Below, piece after piece: positions 1-11,183 of a DNA stretch of 32,972 nucleotides. The stretch is from Mesotaenium endlicherianum (Eukaryota): positions 139,694 to 172,665 of the forward strand of contig WELA01001035.1 in NCBI GenBank assembly GCA_009602735.1, given 5' to 3'. The position numbers were made by a program, and so were the translations under genes. Position 1 is the stretch's first letter, and the number at the start of each line of letters is the position of its first letter. The notes under the pieces are model-generated. The model saw nothing but the letters and a program-made list of their open reading frames with translations. It made no database searches and had not been told where the DNA came from.

Positions 1-597
1 CCCCCCCCTTCTCCCTCTTTCTCCCCCCCATACAAGAATAGTAAGGAGCTATGGCTGAAGCCTACCTGAAAACGCTGGAAAGGGAGGGAGGGAGAGAGGG
101 AGGAGGGAGAGAGGAGGGGGCTCAGCGGTGAGAGTGTCGCAAATATATGTACCTTCTGTGTCGCTGGAAGTTAGATTGAGGGCCTCATGTTTTTGCAAAA
201 TCTCCCGCTCGTCCCAAATGCACATACACCCACCCACACACGCACACCCACAAGGTATTGCTTACGGCTACTTCAGGGTACCTGGCTATAAGTTGGTGTG
301 TGCATGCAGATATGCCTCTGAGCAGAGCCGAGCCAGCTGGCGCCCCCTCTGACCCTGGAGTAGGGGCAGCACTCACACACAACCATCGTGCAAAAGTGTC
401 TGCCCAGTGGTGGGGGCGTGAAGAAGGGAATGGGTGTGGGGAGAGACAGTGCGTGTCATCAGTTCACGGGAGGCGGAGGCGCAAATTCAGACACACGAAT
501 TAACGTCGTATACATGCATACGGGGCGCGAAGACGCGTGCCTGATGGTGTCTGCATGCGTGCGTGCGTGGTGCGGTAATGGCGGGAGGGCACGGCAG

Positions 598-1043
598 AGG
601 AAGCACGCGGTGCGCGCGTACTCCATGGCTGCTCCCGTGTACCAGGGCCACGGCTGGAACTTCATCTCCGACCACTGCAACTTCACGCTCGGCAGGTGCT
701 GCTCACGATGCCCCGCACGCGGCCGCTGCTGCTGACGTGCGCAGGCAGCGCATGGCGTTGCAAGCCCCCCCCTTGCTGGGCGGCAGCTAGCGCGGCCCCT
801 GGCAGCTAGTGCAGCCCCCCCGCATCCCGGCCCCATAATGTGTGCCGTCGTGCACGCCATCCAGCCTCGTTGCGGCTCCCATCGGCCGGCCGGGTGCGCC
901 AATGGCGCTCACCTCATGGCACCAGTCTGCGGCTGACACACGTGCTCGTCTGGGCTGCTGTACAGCCTGGGCCTCTTGTGTGTGCTCTCGACCAGTGTTC
1001 CGTGTTTCAATGTGCCGTAGAAGCTCTGGTCTATGTTGCAGGT

Positions 1044-1080
<37 letters not shown>

Positions 1081-4000
1081 GTGTCTGTTTTCGTGTGTGC
1101 GCGCACGCGCGCATGCATCCCACATGGCTCTCTCAAGTGTCTCCCTGAGTTGCAAAAAAATGGAGCTGGGGTGTGTGACGTCATACCCACTTGTGCCGCA
1201 AGAACTCGAGCGTCCTCCTCCATAGGCAAATGCACCACAGCTGCTGTTGCTGCTGCTGCTGTCTTCCCGGAGTAGCGCAGCCCAGACTTGCCACCTTTGG
1301 AATCTCTCCCCACAGGAGCCGCCTGCCCTCCGGTACCACCCAGCCAGCCTTCAGCACACGTGTCAAGGCCGTTCCTGACACGCATGCGTGCGCGCCTGCA
1401 TGCTGGTTCGTGCATGTCTATTGCAATATGCACCAGGCTCCGCTGATTGTTAGCTCGGGAGGTGGGGGGGGAGGGAGGAGTGACGGCAGGCTGTCGGCGT
1501 TCATGGGGTCGAACGAGGCGGCGGTGGAGTTCTTCAGTCGCCTGCTGGCGTGCAGCCACCAGTCGGCCACCATGCAGGCCACCTTCCTGCGCGAGTTTCT
1601 CTACGTCGTCCAGGTGGGCTCACACCCTTGCTCGTGCTTGCTCTCGCTTGCTCCCTCTCCCCCCTGCTTGTCTGCTTGGCCCAGTGTCCAGTCAGCCACC
1701 CCCTGCTATGCACTCTGCTCCCTATGTTCCCCTTGCTTGGTCTGTCCTGCCTGTGTGTTGGACACGGGCAGTGCATGTCCAAAGCATGTGGAGCGCACAG
1801 TGGGGCTGTGTGTGTGCCTAACAGCGCGCTGCAGCACTGGTGAGGGACCCCTTCCCCTTTGTTCAAGAAGCTCGCACGCAACTATACATCAGTTGGTAAG
1901 ATGCGCCGCACGTTGGCCGTCGCTGAGCAGGGCACTATGTCAATAGGCAACCGGAGGACTTGCCCTTAAGCCTGGACCTTGGGCGGGTGGGGGGGGGGNN
2001 NNNNNNNNNNNNNNNNNNNNNNNNNNNNNNNNNNNNNNNNNNNNNNNNNNNNNNNNNNNNNNNNNNNNNNNNNNNNNNNNNNNNNNNNNNNNNNNNNNNN
2101 NNNNNNNNNNNNNNNNNNNNNNNNNNNNNNNNNNNNNNNNNNNNNNNNNNNNNNNNNNNNNNNNNNNNNNNNNNNNNNNNGGGGGGGGGGGGGGGGGGGA
2201 TGTGTAAGTGAGAGTGGGGCGCTTTGAACAAGGACATGCTGTAGATGATGTACGCACTCTCCCAGCTAGCGCTTGTGGCAGTGTCAGAAGGGTGCTGCCT
2301 GCCGCTGCTGCTCTTAAGCTCTGACTGATTCACTCCTCCTCGTCAAAGCTTGTGGCATTGGAAGGCAGTCAGAGATGAGATTTGCTGCTGCTGCGCTTGG
2401 GAAGTGGGACGAGCAGGCAGTGGAGGCCAGCGGGGGGGAGAAGCTGACGGTGGAGCTGGGCCTGCCAGATGTCAATGCGGAGCGCGTCCACGTGCACTTT
2501 GAGGACCAGCGCACCTTTGCCTCCCCTGCTGCGGTATGTCTTCCCTCCTTTCTCTCCTTCTCCAGTCTCATGTCCTCATTCTGCGTACGCAAGCTGTAAG
2601 AGAGACAAGAAGAGTAATTGCATGCCTGCTCCTCTGGGGAGGGATCCTGGTCGCGCTCCTGCTCTTGCTCTTCTGTCTGTTCCTCCTTCTCCTGCCTCGT
2701 CCCTTGCTCCTGCGCGAAGTCCAGGTCCGGGTCCGGGTCCACGTTCGGATCATTTGCTCCCTCCTGAGTTTCATGCTGGCGTGCTTGCGGGAGGGGAGCA
2801 GGGGGCGTTGCCGGAGCAAATGTGGACGTCGCTCGAGGAGGGCCTGGTGCCCGCCTCAGACGCCCCCACCTCTGTCCTCACCTGGATGGATGCGCCTGCC
2901 GCCCACGCCAAGTCCGCGGGACAGGTGGTGGAGAACACGTGTGTCCTTGGAGGTGAGGCTTGGACTCCCGCCTTTCCTTCTAATTTGCTTTCACGCTCTT
3001 TCCTTCCTGTGTATCCTGCCAGCCGTGGATGTGCGGACTGCAGGCTCCTCCTGGTGCCCTTGGCCATAAGTGCTTTAGTTTGTCAAAGAGGTGTTGTAGG
3101 CTCTAGAGGTACGCAACCATCTCTCTGATAACGTCCCAATGCCCAACAGCAGCCAAGTGTGCTTCCTGGACCTCCTGCACGCCCTGGTACTTAGGCATAA
3201 CGACCATCGCGCGCGACAAACGCGGCTTTGAGTAGCTGCATATGAAATTTGCTTCTCACCAGAGAGCCACCAGGCGTGAGCTGTTTCGAAGCCATCCGGA
3301 GGTTTGATCGCTTTCCGCGGTGGGGTATGTGCGGAGCGGGGTGCAGAGGAGGTGGGCGTGGACGTGGAGTTTGCAAACCCGCTGCGCATCACGCTGCAGG
3401 TGGCGCGCGTGCGCCTCATCTGCGAGCACGCGCCCGACTCCGCCGCCACCTGTGAGGACACCCGCCTCTCTGCCTTCCTTCCCTTCCTCCCTCCATGCCC
3501 GCTGCCAATTTGAATGCAGGATCACGTGACTCCTTTTTGTAGAAACCTCACTCATGTGCAGCCTCAGCAGTTGCCGATACTGCCACTTTCAGAGTCTGTG
3601 AACATACTTGCCTTAAATAGATCCCTCGTCGTAGTCGTCATCCTCTGTCGCATTCATGGTCATGGATATGGAGTAGTGACTGGAGTGGGGTGGCGGGGGT
3701 GTGATGGGACGGCAGCCATGGCAAGGATACAGAGCAGCCCCTCCCTGGGGCGGGGCGATCACGCCTCCGGCATTGCAGACGACGCTGCAACTGCCAGCGG
3801 CAGCGGCAGGGAGAGCCGAGCAGTGCGCGGCAAGGATGCGGAGGAGGAGCCTGCTGCTCTGCCCCCTACTCCCAGGTATGCCATGGCATGGTCCCCCCTC
3901 CTCTCGCCCTCTCTCGCTTGCCGCCATGTGCTCTGGTTGCCGCTGAAGGAGGAGCATGGGTGTGTGTGTGTGTGTTTTTATGTGTGTGTGTGTGCGTGTG

Positions 4001-7000
4001 CGCGCGCGCACGCGACACCTTGTTGCTCCCGGTAAGAGGCAGAAGGCTCTGGTCTTGCTTGGCCTTTCTCTGAGTGATACTCGTGGACGACCTAAACATG
4101 TACCCTTTTGTTCAAACTCCACCGGCCAGTGTGCGGTGGAGATAAGGTAGCCGTTGATGCTACGTGCCTCCAGCCCTTCTTTGTGTGGTATCCAGGTGCT
4201 GTTGTGCAACTCCCTGCCCCAATTCTCTGGGCTGATCTGTCGTCGGTGGGGGTGGGGAGGGCAGGCAGAGGGCAGCCAGCTACAGCAGCCTGTCGGCGTC
4301 GGCAGTGACAGCTGGCCCCCTCATAGCCTTGGAAGACCTGCGCGAGGCTTCTGCTGCTGCTGCTGCTGCTGCCGCGCAGGACGGCAGCGGAGCTGGGGGG
4401 GAGGAGGAGAGCCCGGCAGTGAGCGTGGAGGAAGAGTCATTTGAGCTCAGAGCCGCCGAACGCACCGTGGTGCGTCCCTTGCTTCCTCTGCCCCCTCCTC
4501 CCCCTCCTTCCTCTGCATCTCTACGTCGCCTCTTCCTTGCGTGTCTGGCGCAGTCAGCCTCGTGTAATTGTGTGGGCCTTGGGCGCTTGCTGTTGACTGA
4601 CTGACCAGCGCAGAGGCGGAGACTCACTTGGGGAAGGGCGGGTGTTGGATTGTTGTGACTGGCTCGTGACTCGCTGGTGACAAAAGAGACTGAAGAAGTC
4701 TGCGAGCTGAGAGAGCTTTCATCACGTGTAGGGGGTCATCAGATGAGAAGGCAGTGCTTCGACTAATCTGAGAAGCCCCCTGCGCTTCTTTTTGCTAGCC
4801 AGCCAGCCAGCCAGCCAGCAGGCGGAACACCTGTACAACGGCGGCCGGGCTCGTAAGCGTGCGAGGGAGATGGGTGTGTCAGCAGGCTGCCTGTGGTGCA
4901 CAGAGCCTGTCAGCCGGGATAGTGCTCTGACTGCACTACGATGCCTTGGCTCCCACGCATGCCTTAGAGATGGGCGTGTGTGCGCGCGCGTGCGCATGTG
5001 CGCTCGTGTGTGTGGTGCCTGCCTTGATGGGCCCTGACCTGGACATGTGTGTTGTTGCAAGGGTGTGTTTGGGGAGGTGTGCAGGTACGGTTGAAGCTGA
5101 GGCCGCAGAGGGAGGGCCGCGTGACGGTGGTGGGCGTGCAATGGGTGCTGCTCAGCGACGGCCGCGAGGCGCACGGGGAGCGCCGGTTTGCCATCAAGGG
5201 GCTCAGGCAGAAGCGCAGGGGCGGAGGCGGTGGGGGGGCGGCGGCAGCGATACCCCCCCACATGCGCCTGCACTTTCGCGTTATTGCTGTAAGGCTCCCT
5301 GAGGGTCCACCCACCCCGCCCGCGCCTGTGCCGCTGCAGCTACTTTCGCTGCCTGACTGCTGCTGCTGCTGCTCTCCTCCTCCTCCTCCTGCTGCTGCTG
5401 CTGCTGCCGCTGCCGCTGCCTCTGCTGCTGCCAGGGGCTTCCCTGATTCACCACTCAGCGCTGCCGCCCCCTGGGGGTGGCGTGCTTGCTGCCACACCCA
5501 CGTGTCCCTTGCCATCAAGTCCCTTGTCTGTCCTGCCTGCTTGCAGCCGCACGTTAGCCTGGATGTTCGTTCTGCTTTGCAGGCAATGCCGAGGCTGGAG
5601 ATGGAGCTGCATGGGCTGCCGGAGAAGTGTGCGCCGGGGGAGCTGCACCGCCTGGTGCTCGAGCTGCGCAACACCTCCCCCGCCCCCCTCAAGGTCCTCA
5701 TCTCTTTCCCCTCCCCTCCCCCCCTCTCCCTCCGCCCCCCCTGTGGCCCCCCTGTTCTCTCTTCCCTTTTGCTGCCTCTATCTGCACCTCTGTGCAATTT
5801 CTGCAATGCCGCGTACTATGGTGCAGCCAGATTTGTGCAGTCGACAATGCAAGCNNNNNNNNNNNNNNNNNNNNNNNNNNNNNNNNNNNNNNNNNNNNNN
5901 NNNNNNNNNNNNNNNNNNNNNNNNNNNNNNNNNNNNNNNNNNNNNNNNNNNNNNNNNNNNNNNNNNNNNNNNNNNNNNNNNNNNNNNNNNNNNNNNNNNN
6001 NNNNNNNNNNNNNNNNNNNNNNNNNNNNNNNNNNNNNNNNNNNNNNNNNNNNNNNNNNNNNNNNNNNNNNNNNNNNNNNNNNNNNNNNNNNNNNNNNNNN
6101 NNNNNNNNNNNNNNNNNNNNNNNNNNNNNNNNNNNNNNNNNNNNNNNNNNNNNNNNNNNNNNNNNNNNNNNNNNNNNNNNNNNNNNNNNNNNNNNNNNNN
6201 NNNNNNNNNNNNNNNNNNNNNNNNNNNNNNNNNNNNNNNNNNNNNNNNNNNNNNNNNNNNNNNNNNNNNNNNNNNNNNNNNNNNNNNNNNNNNNNNNNNN
6301 NNNNNNNNNNNNNNNNNNNNNNNNNNNNNNNNNNNNNNNNNNNNNNNNNNNNNNNNNNNNNNNNNNNNNNNNNNNNNNNNNNNNNNNNNNNNNNNNNNNN
6401 NNNNNNNNNNNNNNNNNNNNNNNNNNNNNNNNNNNNNNNNNNNNNNNNNNNNNNNNNNNNNNNNNNNNNNNNNNNNNNNNNNNNNNNNNNNNNNNNNNNN
6501 NNNNNNNNNNNNNNNNNNNNNNNNNNNNNNNNNNNNNNNNNNNNNNNNNNNNNNNNNNNNNNNNNNNNNNNNNNNNNNNNNNNNNNNNNNNNNNNNNNNN
6601 NNNNNNNNNNNNNNNNNNNNNNNNNNNNNNNNNNNNNNNNNNNNNNNNNNNNNNNNNNNNNNNNNNNNGGGGGGGGGGGGGGATGTTTGTGGGGAAGCAG
6701 AACCTGAGGCTGAAGAGCAGCCACCCGGCGATGCTCCTGGCGGGCCAGTTGGCGGATCTCGACACGGAGTTGCCCGCGTGCCTGGAGGTGCCACAGGAGG
6801 AGGCGGAGGAGGAGCAGCGGAAGACACCCGGCTCAAAGAGCAGCCCGGAGTCGCCTGGGGGGGCAGCTTCCACCACCACCACCACCACCACTATAGGGCG
6901 CGTGACTGACGCCCACGTCTTCTCCTTTCCCCAGGTCTGCCCTGCTGCCCCTGAAGCCTCGCCTCCTTGTTCCTCTTCTTCTCCTCCTTCTGCAGCTGGA

Positions 7001-10000
7001 CGCTCTCGAGCTCTGCTTGTGGTACTCATACAGTGCGGATGCTTTTAAGGCCTTGCTGAGAGGGAGGTGGTGGGAGATAGGGCTCAAATGGCCTCCTGCC
7101 TTGCCGGGAGGGGGAGGTCTGCTTCTGGAGAGGAGGTGCTAGCGCTCCAGGGTCCTTCCTCTGAAGATATCTGGCGCGTGCACTTGACTAAAGGCTTTCT
7201 CTCAAAGAAAAAGAAAGATACGAGATAGCGGCTCACCAAGGGAGGACACAAGTGGTCTCAGCTTGCAAGCTGGGTCGAATACCCATATCCCATACAGTTG
7301 ACCCCACCCCCATGTGCACGCACGCGCGCATGCACGCAGACACAAGCACATGCACCTCCTCCTGACAACACAGCAAGCACCGGTAATCATTGTCCTCCTA
7401 TCTATCGTGGTAGCAAAATGCTTGCGCCTGCAAGCGTTTGTCCTCACTCTGCACTAGCAAGACACGTCCCTGCCCCTCATGTGATGGTGTGCACTCGTCG
7501 TGCTCACGCTTGCGCCCTCACACTCTCACCCGCACTCGTCGCGAGTGGCTGCCCGTGTCTACAGGGCACTGTGGTGGGAGGCGGCTGCACCCTGCTGTGG
7601 CCGCTGTGGCTGCACGCCCCCTCCTCTTCATCCTCCTCCTCCGGCAGCAGCGACAGCGGCAGCGCGGCCATGACGACGACGAGCCTGAACATGTGCATCC
7701 TGTACGAGCCGGAGGAGGCGCCGCATGCTGCGCACCCAGCGGCCTCCTCCTCCTCCTCCTCCTCCTCCTCCTCCTCCATGCGATATCGCACCCTGCGGTC
7801 CACCCACTCCCTCCAGGTGGGCTGCATGTGCCCCCCTAGCCTCCTGCCCTCCTGCTCTGCTGACCGCAACGCACTCCCTGAACTAGAGCGCTCTTGCAGG
7901 ATACAGTGTTAGGGACTAGCACTCCTCGGACTGAACGTTCTTCCAAGCGTTCTCCTCCTCATGCTCCGCCCACCTGCTCCTCCGCCTACTCCGGTGGGGC
8001 ACAGTAGGGTTGGTTGCGGCAGGGCTCAGCGCCGGATGCTAGGCTAGAGTGCGCCGGCAAAGCCCGGCACAGGGAGGAGGCGGAGCAGCAGCAGCAGGAG
8101 CAAATCTCTGTCACGTGGTTCTATTTTTTGTGGATGTTTCGCTTCTTTCCCCGCCCGCGCTGTTGTCATTGTCAAAGTGCCGAGTGGTGGGAGGTTATGT
8201 GCAGCGCCGGTTGTGGAGCTCTGGAAGGGGCCAGTGAACACTTTCCCTGTATCTTGGGGGGAGGGAGTGCAGGTGCTGCCAGCTCTGCACATGAGGGTCA
8301 AGGTGTCGGCCAGCCCCACCCACGTCAGCCGCTACATTCTGCGGGCCGACGTCGAGAACAAGCACCTCACGGAGAGCTTCTGGTTGCGCCAAGTGTCGTG
8401 CGCTGGGGGCACCTGGTTGCTGGCCCCTCTGCAGCCTGCTGGAGTGGGTCAAACAGAAGGCGCAGAAAGTGAGGAGACAGGTGGCGGCGCCCTTCTGAGC
8501 GCTTCTGTGGCTCCCCCCCAGCTCCTCCCTCCCTCCAGCGCCTCCTCGCTCTTCTTCAATCTGCAGGTGCTTTCTTCCTCACACTTAACTCGCCTTTTCC
8601 TGAGGAACAAAAGGCATGCTCAGGATCTCAAACCTGGAGAGGACAAACGAGGGCAACTTTACTCAGACGCCCGTGGGTAGTGTTAATGGGGCTGCTGCCG
8701 CTGGGCAGAGTGAGTGCGTCTATGAGGGCCCTTCACAAGCACCCGCGTGCTGCTCTGTGACGCGGCAGTGTGTTGTTGCAACGTGTCGCGGCGTCGCAGT
8801 CCCTCATGATGACGTCTCTCTGTGCATGTTTGTGCATCGCTGCAGGCTGCGGGGGCGGAAAGCTCCGGGGATGCGCCAGCTGGAGCCCAGACAAACCAGC
8901 AGCAGCAGCAGCTGTCGCAGAACGTGCGACTGGGCGCAGCCGCCAACGGGGGGGCACAGGCGCTCATCGATCTCACGGCTGGCCCCCTGGGGCGTTTCCA
9001 CGAGCTGGAGAGAGCTTTGCAGGTGAAATACACACATGTAGTACCTACACGTCTAATACACATGTATAAATGTGTAACATATGCACCTACTGCACCCGCC
9101 CCCCTGCTTGTGTGTCTTGCCCATACCTATGGCTCGGCAGCCTGCTACTGGTGGAGTACCCTTGCGGTCGACGAAAGAGGAAAGCGCGCTTTCCCTGTCT
9201 CACCACACTGGTTCCCACTTCTGTGGCAAATGGACACATGTGCCCGGGCTTGCAAGAACAGAGAATACTTGCTACCCACACCCTGTGCTTCTTCTGTCCT
9301 GCTGTGGTAGGGGCTCGTCGCGTGTGCTGCAAAAAGCACCACCCTTGTGTCAGCACGATGGCCTGCCCCTCTGTATTGGCAGTAGGGGCTGGTAGGTAGG
9401 CTGATATCAATCACTGCAAGCTCTTGCTTCCGTGTGGGAGTGGCAGGGTCAGGAGAAGGAGGCCCTCCTCAGCCCCGAGGCTACGACGGCTGGCCACACG
9501 GGGGGAGAGCCTGTGGATGTTGTCCTTGTCTGGGAGCAGCAAGGGCGCAGGGCCGCGAGCACAACAATTGGCAGCAACGGGACGCGCATAGGCACAATAC
9601 ATGCGTGCCACTGCAGGTGCTGGCGGCGGACCTTTTTCCCGCTCCCCTGTACCCCGTTGGTCCTTGTGAGATCCTCACATGCCGGAATGGGATAAGAAGT
9701 TCTGATAAAATTGCAGGTGCATCATGAGTGTAGATTAATCCCATGTGGGTGCAAGTGTGCCCAACACGCACGTATGAGCCCATGTCTGGAGTCCGTTTTT
9801 CCGAGCAAAAAGGGTGGAAAGAATGGTGAGGATTGGCAGCGCGGGTGACTGAGGTCGGCTTCTGTGACGTGCGTCTTGCTGCTGCCTCTGTGCACTCGCG
9901 TGCACGCGTGCAGGGTGGAGGAGGCAGCAGCGGTGCAGTGGTCTGTGGAGGCCCCGTCCTGCATCCAGCACAGCTTCGAGGCCAGCCCCGTGTGCCGGGT

Positions 10001-10568
10001 GCCGCTCACTCTGCACCTGGGCAACCGCTCGCCATCGGCCTTCGCCACCATCCGGGTGGAAGCGTTTGACCCGTCGGCCGTCGTCTCCACCTCCTCGGAT
10101 GGCTCGGAAACGCCGGCTGGGCCCGACAGAGCAGGGTGGTTTCAGTCGCGCCCTTCTGCGGCAGCGCAAGCAACCGCCGCCGAGGGCGTGCCGGGAGGAA
10201 GCTCCGCGGCCTCTGCAGGCAGGGGCAGCCAGGGGGCAGCGGCAGCCGCGGCGTCAGATGACAGTGAGGAGCAGTGCGGCACAACCCCCGTGGGGCCGTA
10301 CCTGTGGAGTGGCACCACCTGCACAACTGTGCGGGACCTAGCGCCGGGCGCGTCTGAACGCGTCACACTAGATGCCGTGCTGTTTGGGCCTGGAGTCTAC
10401 AACTTGTCGGGCTACAGGCTGACGTGGAGATTAGCTCCATCTGCAGCCCCTGCTGGCGGCAGTGTAGCGGAAATCAGGTCGGCAAGGGCTGCATCTCTGC
10501 AGACAGGGAGTGGCATGGGCCACGATTTCCACCTCATTGTCTTGCCAGAAAAAGTATCCCTGATTTGA
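598..10568 (+). CDS. TRAPPC8: TRAPP III subunit TRAPPC8/Trs85, 5'-partial (last 15 exons, about 1018 aa)
   Basis: Phase-consistent GT-AG exons: 598-695, 1490-1613, 2417-2533, 2802-2952, 3347-3451, 3716-3875, 4265-4469, 5085-5288, 5583-5693, 6701-6934, 7565-7816, 8273-8566, 8846-9022, 9447-9616, 9914-10568 (TGA); 3057 nt in total. Recognisable Trs85 segments: RKHAVRAYSMAAPVYQGHGWNFISDHCNFTLGR, LLACSHQSATMQATFLREFLYVV, GEEVGVDVEFANPLRITLQV, LLWPLWLH, PYLWSG...FGPGVYNLSGYRLTW. The N-terminal exons lie upstream of the window. Confidence 0.88.
1046..1079. repeat. (GT)17 microsatellite in a TRAPPC8 intron
   Basis: Perfect GT dinucleotide run read directly. Confidence 0.95.
1999..2180. other. Assembly gap (N run) flanked on both sides by poly-G
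   Basis: N run inside TRAPPC8 intron 1614-2416. The flanking exons join in phase, so no exon is needed in the gap. Confidence 0.99.
5855..6668. other. Assembly gap (N run) ending at poly-G
   Basis: N run inside TRAPPC8 intron 5694-6700. Exons ...PLK and NLRLK... join in phase 0. Confidence 0.99.
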
Positions 10569-10592
10569 TTTCTGGAACTGCTGTGCAGTTGA

Positions 10593-10598
10593 AATAAA
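10593..10598 (+). terminator. Candidate polyadenylation signal (AATAAA) of TRAPPC8
   Basis: AATAAA about 25 nt after the stop codon, followed by T-rich sequence. Confidence 0.35.
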
Positions 10599-11183
10599 GA
10601 GCCGCTTCCTTTTCCCTTCTCGTATGAACGAAGGTGGACATTACCGACAGAGCTCATTTTCACGAAATACATACTCATGTATATTGACAGACCTCACACC
10701 TCTTGCATGTTTATCTATTTTGATTGGAACAATACTATGATCACTACTTGCTTATGACTAGATGAAGAACTAGAGTTAGCCTGTTATAGTTATCACGCGT
10801 GCAAATATGCAAGTACGTGATGCTGTGCTTTTGCACATTAAGCACAGGCGACAAGAAGACACTTGGCACTGGTAATGCCCACAAGCACGGATCAGGAACT
10901 TGCTCACTGGTGTTTAATCAACCATGCAGGAAAAAATGAGCACAGGAGACATTGATTCCAGTCAACACTTTCTTGGTCACCAAAGTACTGCTTCTGTAAT
11001 AGGAGCTGCATTGGGCAGAGCCACTGGCTCGTGACTAACTTGGTAGGAGGTCTAGACTCTCGACATCCTACCCAAGGTGGACCTTCAACGCAATACAACC
11101 AACCATTATTGAAGCACAAGTTAGTCGTATGCGCACAAATTTGCTACGTGCACGCGACAGGACTACCACCTATACCACGCAGC

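Noticed and set aside
4975..5012. Alternating purine-pyrimidine (GT/GC/CATG) tracts, Z-DNA or RY-like, in many introns
   Set aside because: Ubiquitous low-complexity background in this window with no specific positioning I can support.
5289..5582. Stop-free, in-frame intron in TRAPPC8 (also SYT 22661-23170) suggesting functional intron retention
   Set aside because: The translation is poly-Cys/Pro/Ala/Leu from CTG and CCT microsatellites, the lack of stops is expected in GC-rich DNA, and the flanking exons join into conserved sequence.
5049..7048. Very long ORFs (302-552 aa) in several frames
   Set aside because: They are artefacts of reading through the N gap; only 5085-5288, 5583-5693 and 6701-6934 are exonic.
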